Notes: a model not told the origin generated them from the sequence alone. Positions 18,293-31,653 are shown, counted from the stretch's first letter. The stretch: DNA of 64,000 nucleotides from an uncultured Gemmatimonadales bacterium (GCA_963842945.1 CAWJIM010000019.1:160001-224000); one strand, 5' to 3'. Numbers and translations are program-made.

Positions 18293-18334
18293 TTACTGTA
18301 CCGCCCTGATGTGTTCGCCTGGAAGGATGCCTTG

Positions 18335-19141
18335 TTAAAAGCTAAGCTCCCACGCTACCGCGGCGCTGCCCGGACCCAGCAGAAACTGCGGTGGGCGAAC
18401 ATTGAAAATGCGCCAGTGGCCATTGACCAGCTTGGCGGAGGTAATCCCCAGCACTGCGCCCGCCGCCACATCCGACAGCCAATGCCGGTTGTCGTTTATC
18501 CGGGACCAGGCCACTCCCGTTGCCAGAGTGTAGAGGCCAACACTGGCCCAGGTGCGGTGGATGTCGTCGGAGAGGGCGGTCGCCAGGGCGAATGCCATGG
18601 TGGTATGGCCGGACGGCATCGCCTCCCGCCCGGAGAACGGGACGTAGGTATCGGCATCGAGGCTTTGGTTCGGTCTGGGCCGTCCGAAGGCCAGCTTGGC
18701 CAAGTTGGAAGTGGTCCCGGCCACGAACAGGGTCGCAACGAGCCTGCCGCCGGCCCGCGTGATCTCGTGATTCCCGCTGATGAGGCCGGCCCCGAGCAGC
18801 CCGAGCGTAATTGTCCCGTACACTTCAGGCTGTCCGATGTGGCGTACCCCGGAGGCGAGATCGTCAGCGGAGCCGGTGCGATGCTCCTGACTCAAGCGCT
18901 GAGTTGAATTGTCCAACAGCATGAGACCGGAGAGTCCGCCGAGGACAATTGCCCCGTGCCACCAGTGTATGACGGTGGGCTCATCGCTGGCCGGAGGCAC
19001 CGCTGCCGTCTGCGCCCCAACTGCCAGTGGCTGCGCCACGAGCAGTGTCGATACCACTATAGGGCGCCACGCCCATGGCAGCGGGAGTTTACTTTGAAGC
19101 GTCGCCGTTGGTCCCTCAGCTGGAGGAGTTGGGATGCGCAT
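18335..19141 (-). CDS. PAP2-family phosphatase (start uncertain)
   Basis: KLAFGRPRP, PSGH and SRINDNRHWLSD (the three PAP2 motifs). Confidence 0.85.
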   Translation of the reverse strand: MRIPTPPAEGPTATLQSKLPLPWAWRPIVVSTLLVAQPLAVGAQTAAVPPASDEPTVIHWWHGAIVLGGLSGLMLLDNSTQRLSQEHRTGSADDLASGVRHIGQPEVYGTITLGLLGAGLISGNHEITRAGGRLVATLFVAGTTSNLAKLAFGRPRPNQSLDADTYVPFSGREAMPSGHTTMAFALATALSDDIHRTWASVGLYTLATGVAWSRINDNRHWLSDVAAGAVLGITSAKLVNGHWRIFNVRPPQFLLGPGSAAVAWELSF

Positions 19142-19535
19142 TTCCCTTGGTGCCTTGCTGGTAGCTGCGAGTCTGTTGGCCTGCCGGGACTACAATCTGG
19201 GTGACCGGCTGGTCAATCAGGACGGCCTGGTGCCCGCTGATCAGTATGCCCGCTACGGGCGGGAGCAGGCGCAGGAGATCGCCATCGCTCGAGAGTTTGG
19301 GCAGGCCCATCGAGGCTCTTCGTCAGCCGACTTGGCCCAGCAGGCCGAGGCTGCCGAGAAGTATGCCCGAAGCCTTCCAGACGTCGCCAATGTGAAAGCC
19401 GATCCTCAGGGCCTCTTGCTGACGGTCCAATTCAAGAGCGGCTGGCGGACGATGATTGCTCCTCTGAACGACGGGAAGCGTGGCGCGGAAACGGCGGGAC
19501 TTCCGGCCAAAACCAGCGCGGGGACTTCGCACTAG
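19134..19535 (+). CDS. Hypothetical lipoprotein
   Basis: Lipobox LLAC and strong GGAGGAG RBS. Confidence 0.7.
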   Translation: MRISLGALLVAASLLACRDYNLGDRLVNQDGLVPADQYARYGREQAQEIAIAREFGQAHRGSSSADLAQQAEAAEKYARSLPDVANVKADPQGLLLTVQFKSGWRTMIAPLNDGKRGAETAGLPAKTSAGTSH

Positions 19536-19579
19536 GACTCCGCAATATAACTATCGGTCTTCACCAGAGAATTTTTGAG

Positions 19580-19912
19580 GTGACCGAGTGCTGTCAGGTT
19601 ACGACAACCTGGCCGGATCAGACCGGAGCGGATCACGCCGCCGGCAGTTTGGTGGCCGAACGCCTGGCCGCCTGTGCCCAGGTGCAGGGCCCCTTGGTCA
19701 GTACGTTTTTATGGAAGGGTTCGATTGAGCGGGGCCAGGAGTGGTATTGCCACTTCAAGACGACCATGGATCGACTGCCGGCGCTGCAGCACAGAATCCA
19801 GGAGCTGCATCCCTATGAGGTGCCCGAGATCATCGCGCTGCCGATCCTCGGTGGCAGCCCGGCTTATCTGGAATGGATCCGCAGAGAGGTGAATGCTGAG
19901 CCGAAAGGCTGA
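19580..19912 (+). CDS. cutA: Divalent-cation tolerance protein CutA
   Basis: LVAERLAACAQ, WKG, KT, HPYEVPEII and YLEWI. Confidence 0.92.
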   Translation: MTECCQVTTTWPDQTGADHAAGSLVAERLAACAQVQGPLVSTFLWKGSIERGQEWYCHFKTTMDRLPALQHRIQELHPYEVPEIIALPILGGSPAYLEWIRREVNAEPKG

Positions 19913-19916
19913 GTCT

Positions 19917-20141
19917 TCATGAGGTCCTCAGGCGTACCCGCACGGACTGGATCAGGCTTGGCGGAGCGGCACAGTTCGTCCTTTGTCGGGCCAGAATACG
20001 AAGCAAGGCACGGCCGCAGCCAAAGGCTGGATAGCACCCGGCGCAGCCGTCCAGGTGGTCCCGCACCTCTTCCTCCTCTTTCGGCCCAAGCTCCTGGTCC
20101 AGATATTCCCAGAGGCGGATCAGAACCTCTTCACATTCCAT
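19917..20141 (-). CDS. Zinc-binding anti-sigma (ZAS, zf-HC2) domain protein
   Basis: CEEV..LWEYLDQEL..HLDGCAGC (HxxxCxxC). Confidence 0.8.
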   Translation of the reverse strand: MECEEVLIRLWEYLDQELGPKEEEEVRDHLDGCAGCYPAFGCGRALLRILARQRTNCAAPPSLIQSVRVRLRTS

Positions 20142-20241
20142 TCATTGCACCCTCGCTAGACGCGTCCCTCGTGGACGCTCCCTTCAGAACAGTGCCCCAG
20201 GTCACAGGGTTCCTGACCTGCCGGCCGGACCGGGTGGAGGA

Positions 20242-20517
20242 GTGATGACGAAACGTGGGCGGCTCGTGACCCTGCTGGTGGCACTGCTGTTTGGTGGCTT
20301 CCTGCTCTGGTCTACGCTAGCCTCCCAGCACGTGGAGTGCACCGTCTTGGTGGCCTTCGGCAAGGACCAGGGCAGCGGAACTGCATCGGCGGCGTCCCGA
20401 GAAGATGCCATGCGCGAGGCCCAAACTGCGGCGTGCGGGCCGCTGGCGCAGGGTATGAACGAGAGTATTGCCTGCAGCCGGGTGCCCCCGATCACCACCC
20501 GCTGCCGCAGCTTGTGA
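20242..20517 (+). CDS. Small membrane-anchored Cys-containing hypothetical protein
   Basis: GGAGGAG RBS, N-terminal TM and four Cys. GTGA overlap with the next gene. Confidence 0.65.
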   Translation: MMTKRGRLVTLLVALLFGGFLLWSTLASQHVECTVLVAFGKDQGSGTASAASREDAMREAQTAACGPLAQGMNESIACSRVPPITTRCRSL

Positions 20518-21863
20518 GCCCTCCCCGATTTCATTTCCCCCACCCGCTGAGTCTTCTGGTCGGCTGCGTGCTGCTGGCGGCCGTACTGACCTGGGTTCTA
20601 CCTGCCGGTCAGTTTCAGCGACGGGAAGATCCGGCCACCGGCCGGAGCGTCGTTATTGCGGGAACGTACGGGCGGGTGGAGCAGCATCCTGTCGGTCCCT
20701 TCCAGGCGTTCGTAGCGATCCCGCGCGGAATTGTCGATGCGGCCTCAGTCATCGCGCTGGTCTTCCTGATCGGGGGCGCATTCACGGTAGTGGAGAGGAC
20801 CGGCACCCTGGGACGCGTCGTCGGGGGGCTGGCTCAGCGGGTGAGCCGCCGGGGGCTGCTGGTGATTCCGATTGCCGGGGTGGCCTTCAGCCTCGGTGGG
20901 ATCATGATGCAGATGCAGGAGGAGCTGATCGCCTTCGTGCCAGTGCTGCTGCTCCTGGTACGCCAGCTGGGGTTCTCTCCCGTCGTCGCCGTGGCCATGA
21001 GTCTTGGAACCGCGGCTGTGGGGGCTGCCTTCAGTCCGGTGAACCCGTTTCAGGTCATCATCGCCCAGAAGGTAGCCGAGCTGCCGCCGGCCTCGGGGCT
21101 GGGTTTCCGTCTCGCATTCCTGATTCCGGCTCTGGCCATCTGGATTGCGGGCACCATGTGGTACGCCAGGCGCACTCGCCAACCACCGGACCTTCCCCCA
21201 GCAGACCGAAGCATTCCTCTGGATTGGCGAGATCTGGTGATCCTGGTCTCGATTCTCGCTGCCTTCGCCATCTATATCTATGGCGCCCAACAGCTAGACT
21301 GGGAGTTCGATCAGCTTTCCGCCCTCTTTTTTGTGGTGGGAATTCTGGCGGGGGTGCTGGGCCGGCTGGGCCTGGCCGGCACGGCTGAGGCCTTTGTGGA
21401 CGGCTTCCGATCCATGGCCTTTGCCGGACTGCTGATCGGATTTGCCCGGGCCATCTATGTGGTGCTGAACGAGGGTCAGATCGTGGACACCCTGGTGAAC
21501 GGTATGTTCACCCCTATCGCCGGCCTTCCAGCCACCCTTTCCGCTCTGGCCATGATGGTGCTTCAGGCCGCGATCCACGTGCCGGTGTCCAGCACCAGCA
21601 GCCAGGCCGTGCTCACCATGCCATTGCTGGTTCCGCTGTCGGACTTGATCGGTCTCTCCCGGCAGGTGACCGTCCTGGCGTATCAGTACGGAGCCGGGTT
21701 GTGTGAAATTGTCACACCGACCAACGGCGCACTGATGGCGATGCTGGCTGCAGCGGGAGTTCGGTACGAGGACTGGTTGAAGCTGGCCCTGCCCCTGCTC
21801 GGCCTGCTCACCCTGCTGGCGGCAGTCGGGGTAATGCTGGCGGCGGGATTGCGGCTCAGCTGA
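20514..21863 (+). CDS. YfcC/DcuC-like (ArcD/AbgT clan) transporter
   Basis: FPHPL..LTWVLPAG.F.R, PVNPFQV, SSTSSQA..TMP and AYQYGAG..PTNG; multiple TMs. Confidence 0.85.
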   Translation: MSPPRFHFPHPLSLLVGCVLLAAVLTWVLPAGQFQRREDPATGRSVVIAGTYGRVEQHPVGPFQAFVAIPRGIVDAASVIALVFLIGGAFTVVERTGTLGRVVGGLAQRVSRRGLLVIPIAGVAFSLGGIMMQMQEELIAFVPVLLLLVRQLGFSPVVAVAMSLGTAAVGAAFSPVNPFQVIIAQKVAELPPASGLGFRLAFLIPALAIWIAGTMWYARRTRQPPDLPPADRSIPLDWRDLVILVSILAAFAIYIYGAQQLDWEFDQLSALFFVVGILAGVLGRLGLAGTAEAFVDGFRSMAFAGLLIGFARAIYVVLNEGQIVDTLVNGMFTPIAGLPATLSALAMMVLQAAIHVPVSSTSSQAVLTMPLLVPLSDLIGLSRQVTVLAYQYGAGLCEIVTPTNGALMAMLAAAGVRYEDWLKLALPLLGLLTLLAAVGVMLAAGLRLS

Positions 21864-22311
21864 CGCCGCTCAGATTCTCCAGCACTTTCATATCAGCCAG
21901 TCCCACGTGGCGCGATCGCTCGCTTCCGCCCTGGAAGGCAATCACCGTGGGAATTCCCCGGATGCCAAATCGCGATGCCGTGAGGGGATTCGCATCGGTA
22001 TCGAGCTTCAGCACCAGGACATCGCCGGCACGCTTCTGGGCAAACTCGTCCAGGGTTGGCGCCATCATCCGGCAGGGACCGCACCAGTCAGCATAGAAGT
22101 CCACCAGCACCGGCACCGCTGAACTGGTTATGGTCCGCTCAAAGTCCTTGTCACCCACCTTCTGGGGCCGGTCCAGCCGTAGCGGCTTGCCACAGTTGGC
22201 GCATTTAGGCCCGGCCGTCAGCCGGGCAAGGTCAACCCGGTTGGCGGCTGAGCAGAATGGGCAGGGAACGACCACCGGGCGCGCGGAGGGAGTTGTAGTA
22301 CTAGTTGTCAT
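21856..22311 (-). CDS. trxC: Thioredoxin 2 (Zn-ribbon + Trx)
   Basis: CPFC..NR..CANC and VDFYADWCGPC. Confidence 0.88.
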   Translation of the reverse strand: MTTSTTTPSARPVVVPCPFCSAANRVDLARLTAGPKCANCGKPLRLDRPQKVGDKDFERTITSSAVPVLVDFYADWCGPCRMMAPTLDEFAQKRAGDVLVLKLDTDANPLTASRFGIRGIPTVIAFQGGSERSRHVGLADMKVLENLSGVS

Positions 22312-22449
22312 GGGCCCACCTTCCTGAATATTCCAATGCCTCCCCAAGTTTAGCCTCCAGAGGGCACCAGGCAACCGGACATTTGCGCGGCCACTTGGCT
22401 GAGCGCTCCCGCACCGCGTGATTACGTTCACAGACAGGAACTGCCGGCG

Positions 22450-22465
22450 TGGCATTAGTGTTGCT
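22450..22465 (+). promoter_or_regulatory. Sigma-54 promoter upstream of the GNAT gene
   Basis: TGGCAT-TAGTG-TTGCT, near consensus. A CRP-like CGTGA-N6-TCACA lies at 22417-22432. Confidence 0.65.
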
Positions 22466-22505
22466 GACAGGGGGAAAGGAGTCTCCCATCGGGAGGACGG
22501 TACGT

Positions 22506-22940
22506 ATGAGCGAGCTGACCATTCGAGACATGGAACAGGACGAGGACTTCGCGGCCTGGTTCTCGGAGATGCTCGAGCAGGAGGAGGATCCCGCCGGCTG
22601 GTCCAGCGCGCTTGATGAGCGCTACCTCATTCTCAGCAACGAGATCGGCGACTGGATCGGGGGCCTCCGCTTCTGGCTTCGCGGCGGCGTCGCCCACCTG
22701 GTCGACGTGGTAGTGCTGCCCCAGGAGCGCCACCGGGGTCACGCCCACCGTCTTCTGACCGCCTTCGAGGAGCGCGCCGTCGAGGCGGGCGCCCACGTGG
22801 CCGAGTTCTGGACCGATGACGCCCGCTCCGAGGGGCTGCTGGCAGCCTTCGGCTGGCGCCGGATCTTCACCCGCGATCGCTATATCGGGCAGCGGACCTG
22901 GTCCCTAATGGAGAAAGCGCTCGGCCCGAAGGAGGCGTAA
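22506..22940 (+). CDS. GNAT-family acetyltransferase
   Basis: VVVLPQERHRGHAHRLL (motif A-like). GGAGGA RBS. Confidence 0.75.
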   Translation: MSELTIRDMEQDEDFAAWFSEMLEQEEDPAGWSSALDERYLILSNEIGDWIGGLRFWLRGGVAHLVDVVVLPQERHRGHAHRLLTAFEERAVEAGAHVAEFWTDDARSEGLLAAFGWRRIFTRDRYIGQRTWSLMEKALGPKEA

Positions 22941-23034
22941 CCCCCTACCGCAGTGGCACTCGCAGTACCAGCAACACTATATTTGATGGCTGGTTGCATC
23001 TTACTGCCTTGTCTTCTGTTGTCGAAGGTACTTC

Positions 23035-24012
23035 ATGGGCATCGCTACCGACCCCGCACGAGAGCTGCACTCGAAGATCGAGGTTCTCGAGGACCTGGAA
23101 GACACAGTCCGGGAGCTCATGGACATTCACGAGCGGAAGCGGGAGCTCTGGTTTCCCGCCGATCTGGTAGGCCCTGCCCCCGATGAATGCCCCGACACCC
23201 ATCTCGCTGCTCTGCGGGCCAGAGCCGAGGGCATCCCCGATCCCGCCCGCGCGGCGCTGGCGCTGAATCTCCTGACCGAAGAAGGTCTCCCCCACTTTCA
23301 CCGCCTCCTTGCCGTGTACCTGGGAGACGACAGCTTCTGGCGCAGCTGGAACAATCTCTGGACCGCCGAGGAAGATCGGCATGGCCAGGTACTCCACGAC
23401 TACGCCCGGGATACGCGTCTGCTGCAGCAGAGGAAGCTCGAAGAGATGCAGTTCGAGTATCTCAGAGCCGGCTTCCACCCCGAATGGGACCGGGATCCGT
23501 ACCGGGTCTTCGCCTACACCACGGTCCAGGAGCGGGCCACCCAGTTCTCCCACAGTGAAACCGGCAAGATCGTGGCCGAGTACGAGCCGCAGCTCGCCTC
23601 CATTCTTAGCCAGGTAGCCAAGGAGGAGGCGCGGCACTACACCTTCTATCGCACGGTCTTTGACGAAATTCTCAAGCGCGATCCGGACCAGGCGCTCTAC
23701 TCCGCTTCATTCATCCTTCCGGCCATCGACATGCCGGGAGTCACGATGCCCGGTTTCAGGGAGCTGGCCGACGTGATCCGCCGGGCGGGGATCTACGGGC
23801 CTCGAGACTACCTGCGCATCGTGCAGGAGCAGATCAGGTACTGGAAGATCGAAAGTCTGGAAGGGTTGAACGAGCTGGGGCGGAAGGCTCAAGAGAAAAT
23901 CATGGGTATTCCCGCGCGCCTCAAGCGCATCGCCGAGCATATGGAAACCCGCAGCAAGAGCAAGACATTCAGTTTCGAGGTTGTGTTCAACCGCGAATTC
24001 GCGATGGAATGA
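23035..24012 (+). CDS. Acyl-ACP desaturase (di-iron, DesA-like)
   Basis: NLLTEEGLPHFH, WTAEEDRH, YTTVQERAT..SH and EEARH. Confidence 0.9.
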   Translation: MGIATDPARELHSKIEVLEDLEDTVRELMDIHERKRELWFPADLVGPAPDECPDTHLAALRARAEGIPDPARAALALNLLTEEGLPHFHRLLAVYLGDDSFWRSWNNLWTAEEDRHGQVLHDYARDTRLLQQRKLEEMQFEYLRAGFHPEWDRDPYRVFAYTTVQERATQFSHSETGKIVAEYEPQLASILSQVAKEEARHYTFYRTVFDEILKRDPDQALYSASFILPAIDMPGVTMPGFRELADVIRRAGIYGPRDYLRIVQEQIRYWKIESLEGLNELGRKAQEKIMGIPARLKRIAEHMETRSKSKTFSFEVVFNREFAME

Positions 24013-24462
24013 TCCGCTGGGTTCTGCTGCGCATCCCTTTCATGCTGGTGTTCGTGGTCGCGGGCTGCACCGGAACGGGCAGCTCGAGCTCGCGCCCGCG
24101 GGCCCCGAGCGAGCTCTCTCCCGATGAGCGCGACGCTCAAGTCCTCGGGCGGGAAATTTTCGGCTTGATTGATCGCGCGGTCGACTACCGAGGCTCTCAC
24201 CGGGGACGGCCGCCTGGGACCCTGAAGCAGATGGGCGCTGAAAGCCTCACCACCACGACCGTTCGGCGAATCGTCAATGTGCAGCGGGAGCCGGTGGTCA
24301 CGGTCCGGTTCCGTCAACCTGGCGGCCGGCGAGATCGTCTCCTGCTGGGGGGACAGCAAGATTCTGGAAGACGCGTCGGTCAGTGGGAGTTACACCCTCA
24401 TGTGCACCGCCAGCTCCGGCGCCCAACGCCAAATGGAGGTGGTGACCTCGGGCGAGCCCTGA
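24009..24462 (+). CDS. Hypothetical lipoprotein; apparent frameshift ~24324
   Basis: Lipobox VAGC and ATGA overlap with the desaturase. A plausible C-terminus is in ORF 24277..24462. Confidence 0.55.
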
Positions 24463-24480
24463 GTCCGAACTCTCCCCTCC

Positions 24481-25056
24481 ATGAACCTCGCCACGCTCGA
24501 CGCCGCCCTCCGCATTCTCGTCATCGTAGCCTTGTTGTACGCTTCGATCGTGGCCCTCACGTCCTGGGGGACACGGACCCGCCGGATCAATCCATTTGGA
24601 ACCTGGCCCCGCTTCGTTCGCCGGGTGAGCGATCCGCTTCTCCTCCGCTTGGAGCGCCGGGTCATTGCCGCTGGAGGCAGCCCGCAAACCGCCCCTCTGT
24701 GGCTGGTCGGGCTGGTCATCGCCGGCGGGCTCGTTCTCCTGAGCCTGACACACTGGCTGATCGGAATGGCTGCCGGTGTTTCGCTGGCCATCAGAAGCGG
24801 CCCCCGGATCTGGCTGCGCCTGCTGCTGAGCGCGCTCTTTACCATCCTGATGACGGCGCTGTTGATCCGGGTCATCGCATCGTGGTTCGGGATCGGCCCG
24901 TACAATCGCTGGATGCGGCCCATCGTAGCGCTGACCGGCTGGCTGATCGACCCGATCAGGAGAGTGCTTCCACCCTTTGGGATGATTGATTTCAGCCCCA
25001 TGGTGGCCTGGCTGGTGCTTTATCTGGTTCGCGGGTTTGTGCTGGGGATGATCTGA
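24481..25056 (+). CDS. YggT-family membrane protein
   Basis: Two YGGT repeats; LIDPIRRVLPPFGMIDFSPMVA. Confidence 0.88.
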   Translation: MNLATLDAALRILVIVALLYASIVALTSWGTRTRRINPFGTWPRFVRRVSDPLLLRLERRVIAAGGSPQTAPLWLVGLVIAGGLVLLSLTHWLIGMAAGVSLAIRSGPRIWLRLLLSALFTILMTALLIRVIASWFGIGPYNRWMRPIVALTGWLIDPIRRVLPPFGMIDFSPMVAWLVLYLVRGFVLGMI

Positions 25057-25067
25057 TCGCGCCCGAA

Positions 25068-25096
25068 TTGACTCCCTGCAGTCCGGCGGTTAACTT
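25068..25096 (+). promoter_or_regulatory. Sigma-70-type promoter of the metH leader
   Basis: TTGACT-N17-TAACTT, placing +1 just before the SAM-II aptamer. Confidence 0.7.
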
Positions 25097-25111
25097 GAGT
25101 TAACAATTGAG

Positions 25112-25159
25112 CCCGTGGCGATTTGCGCTGATTGCGGCCACGTAAAATAACCGCTAAAA
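25112..25159 (+). ncRNA. SAM-II (SAM-alpha) riboswitch aptamer
   Basis: CCCGTGGC-GATTTG-CGCTGA-TTGC-GGCCACG-TAAAATAACC-GCTAAAA. P1 is CGTGGC/GCCACG, with GAUUU, UUGC and terminal GCUAAA hallmarks. It lies upstream of metH. Confidence 0.88.
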
Positions 25160-25166
25160 CGCTACC

Positions 25167-25198
25167 CCTGAGGCGTTTTGGCTTCAGGTTTTTTGTTT
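25167..25198 (+). terminator. Intrinsic terminator of the riboswitch expression platform
   Basis: CCTGAGGC-GTTTTG-GCTTCAGG followed by TTTTTTGTTT. Confidence 0.8.
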
Positions 25199-25209
25199 GG
25201 GAGGTCTTT

Positions 25210-28971
<3,762 letters not shown>

Positions 28972-28972
28972 A

Positions 28973-30817
28973 ATGCCGACGCTGCGCGATCTGATCGGGG
29001 ATGGCCGGGTCCACGTGCTGGACGGCGCGATGGGCACAATGCTGTACAGCCGCGGCGTCTTCGTGAATGTGAGCTATGACGAGCTCAACCTGAGCCAGCC
29101 CGCCCTGGTGCGCGAAGTGCACGAGGCCTACGTCCAGGCCGGCGCGGAGATCCTGGAGACCAACACCTTCGGGGCCAATCCGGTCAAGCTCTCGAGCCAC
29201 GGGCTCGATGAGCAGACCGAGGTCATCAACCGCTCTGCCGTAGCCCTTGCCCGGCAGGCTGCCGGCCATCGCGCGCTGGTAATCGGCGCCATCGGCCCGC
29301 TGGGAATACGGCTGGAGCCCTGGGGACCGACGGCCCGGGGTGAGGCCATCGCGTTCTTCAGCCGGCAGGCCCGCGGCCTCCTGGAAGGCGAGGTGGACGG
29401 CTTCATCCTCGAGACCTTCAGCGATCTCAACGAGCTGGAGGCGGCACTCTGCGCCCTGCGCTCGCTCAGTGACCTGCCCATTATCGCCCAGATGACGGTA
29501 AGCCAGGATGGCAATACCAGCTACGGTACCTCGGTCGAGACCATCGCGTCGAAGCTGGACGAGCTGGGAGCCGACGTCGTGGGTCTGAACTGCTCGGTGG
29601 GCCCCGCAGCCATGCTCGACGGGATCGAGCGCATGGTCGAGCACACCCATCGCCCGATCTCGGCCCAACCCAACGCCGGATTGCCCCGGGCAGTGGATGA
29701 CCGGCGTATTTATCTCGCCAGCCCGGAGTACATGGGGTCCTACGCCCGCCGGATGATCCAGGCCGGCGCCCGTTTCGTGGGCGGTTGCTGCGGCACCACA
29801 CCGGATCACATTCGGAAGATCCACGCTTATGTGTCGAGCCTGCAGCCGAGACTCGTTGCAGCGGACCCCACTGCGCGAGCGCGGGAGCCGATCGGAGTAG
29901 CGCCTGCACCCCTGGCGGAGCGGTCCCGGCTGGGAGAGAAGCTGGCCCGGGGCGAGTGGGTGAATACGGTCGAGATCGCGCCACCGAAGGGTTGGAACGC
30001 CGCTGAGATGATCGAGCAGTGCCGCTCGCTGCAGGAGGCCGGGGTAGACGCGGTCAATGTGCTCGACAGCGCCCGGGCCCAGAGCCGAATGGGCGTGCTG
30101 CCCGCGGCCCTGATCGTCCAGCGTGAGACAGGCATCGAAACGGTGTTCCACTACACCTGCCGCGACCGCAACATGCTCGGCATGCTGAGCGACCTCCTCG
30201 GGGCGGCAGCCGGTGGGCTTCGCAACGTGCTGATCGTCACCGGCGATCCTCCCGCCATGGGACCGTACCCGGACTCCACCGCGGTGTTCGACATCGACAG
30301 CATCGGACTCATCAATGTCGTCCGGCGGCTCAACCAGGGGCTGGATCCGGGCGGAAACCAGATCGGCGAGCCCACCCGCTTTGTGGTTGGTGTCGCGTTG
30401 AACCAGGGAGCCGAGCAACGGCGCGAGCTCGAGAGATACGCCTGGAAGGTCGAGGCCGGAGCCGATTTTGCCGTCACTCAACCGGTATTCGATCCCGAAC
30501 AGCTGGCCCGGTTTCTGGAGCGGGCCAAATCGCCCGTCCCGGTCATCGCCGGAATCTGGCCCCTGACTTCGCTCCGGAACGCGGAGTTCCTGGCCAACGA
30601 GGTCCCCGGCGTTGTGGTGCCGCCAGGGATCATCGAGCGGATGCGGAAGGCGCAGGAACATGGATCTGCCGCAGCGCGCTTGGAGGGCGTTGCGATAGCG
30701 TCGGAAATGGTGGAGGCCGTCAAGAATCTGGTGCAGGGAGTTCAGGTAAGCGCATCGTCCGGCCGGGTCGGTGTGGCGCTCGAGACCCTCTACAGCAGCT
30801 CCACGATCTTACGGTAA
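28973..30817 (+). CDS. Bifunctional homocysteine S-methyltransferase / methylenetetrahydrofolate reductase (YitJ/SamT-like)
   Basis: LDGAMGT, GLNC and GGCCGTT in the N-domain; HYTCRDRN, VTGDPP and ADFAVTQP in the C-domain. Confidence 0.92.
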   Translation: MPTLRDLIGDGRVHVLDGAMGTMLYSRGVFVNVSYDELNLSQPALVREVHEAYVQAGAEILETNTFGANPVKLSSHGLDEQTEVINRSAVALARQAAGHRALVIGAIGPLGIRLEPWGPTARGEAIAFFSRQARGLLEGEVDGFILETFSDLNELEAALCALRSLSDLPIIAQMTVSQDGNTSYGTSVETIASKLDELGADVVGLNCSVGPAAMLDGIERMVEHTHRPISAQPNAGLPRAVDDRRIYLASPEYMGSYARRMIQAGARFVGGCCGTTPDHIRKIHAYVSSLQPRLVAADPTARAREPIGVAPAPLAERSRLGEKLARGEWVNTVEIAPPKGWNAAEMIEQCRSLQEAGVDAVNVLDSARAQSRMGVLPAALIVQRETGIETVFHYTCRDRNMLGMLSDLLGAAAGGLRNVLIVTGDPPAMGPYPDSTAVFDIDSIGLINVVRRLNQGLDPGGNQIGEPTRFVVGVALNQGAEQRRELERYAWKVEAGADFAVTQPVFDPEQLARFLERAKSPVPVIAGIWPLTSLRNAEFLANEVPGVVVPPGIIERMRKAQEHGSAAARLEGVAIASEMVEAVKNLVQGVQVSASSGRVGVALETLYSSSTILR

Positions 30818-31653
30818 CGCGCCTCGACCTGGTGAAAGCCCAGGTTGCTCAGGTACACCTTGTCCGCGCCGATCTCGCGAAGCATCCGGACCGAGCGGGC
30901 GCAGATAGCCTCCGGACTCATTCCGGCTTCGAATTCGCGGGTTAGTTCGGCGGCCGGGACCGGAAAGAAATCGGCCAGCTTGGCCAGGGTTGCAGGGTTG
31001 GCGCTGCGGTATAGAAACACCCCGAACACACCAGGATAGGGCACTTCTCTCCGGCGGGCCTCCTCGAGAAATCGCTCCACGGCGGCAATGCTGTGGTGAG
31101 ACACGATCTGCGTCAGATAAAAGTCCGCTTCGAATTTTGGATCCAGTAGAAAATCCACCTGTTCCTCAGCCGGCCGGTGCGGGTTGGCCCAGCCGCCCAG
31201 GTCCAGGCCGGGGACCCGGCGGCGGATCAGCGTCCGCAGCTCTCGCGCATGGGGAACGCACCGCGGCGGGCCGGCGGTGTGGTCACCACCCAACACCGTG
31301 AGCGCCTCGAAGCCGTAGGATGCGGCTCGCGAGGCATGCATCAGGCAGTACTCGATCGAATGCTTGGAGGTGAGGAAGGGAACGATGTGACGCGGATCGA
31401 CGTCGCCCGCCAGATTGGCGGTCAGATGGCCCAGGTTTTCCTCTTCCGAGAGCCCCACCGCATTATCCGTCAGGAAGATCACGGTGTCCCGGCGGGCCAG
31501 CCGCTGGATCGAGTGGTACATGTCGATCCAGAGCTCCATGCTGTCTGCCGACGACAGGCCGGTGCGGGGAGGCCGCAGCTCGACCGCCGCGAGGGGACGG
31601 TCCTGGCGGAGTCGCTGGAGCACGGAGCTTGCTGGACGTGAATCGATACCCAT
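30790..31653 (-). CDS. Divergent MTHFR-fold protein
   Basis: VELRPPR, LTDN, PFLT, VLGGD, ANP and ADFYLTQ follow the MetF motif order. Confidence 0.7.
   Translation of the reverse strand: MGIDSRPASSVLQRLRQDRPLAAVELRPPRTGLSSADSMELWIDMYHSIQRLARRDTVIFLTDNAVGLSEEENLGHLTANLAGDVDPRHIVPFLTSKHSIEYCLMHASRAASYGFEALTVLGGDHTAGPPRCVPHARELRTLIRRRVPGLDLGGWANPHRPAEEQVDFLLDPKFEADFYLTQIVSHHSIAAVERFLEEARRREVPYPGVFGVFLYRSANPATLAKLADFFPVPAAELTREFEAGMSPEAICARSVRMLREIGADKVYLSNLGFHQVEARYRKIVELL

Noticed and set aside
19134..19141. ATGCGCAT palindrome giving start codons to two divergent genes
   Set aside because: The PAP2 start is uncertain. Removing one G near 19072 gives a cleaner MAWRPIVV signal-peptide start, consistent with the indel noise.
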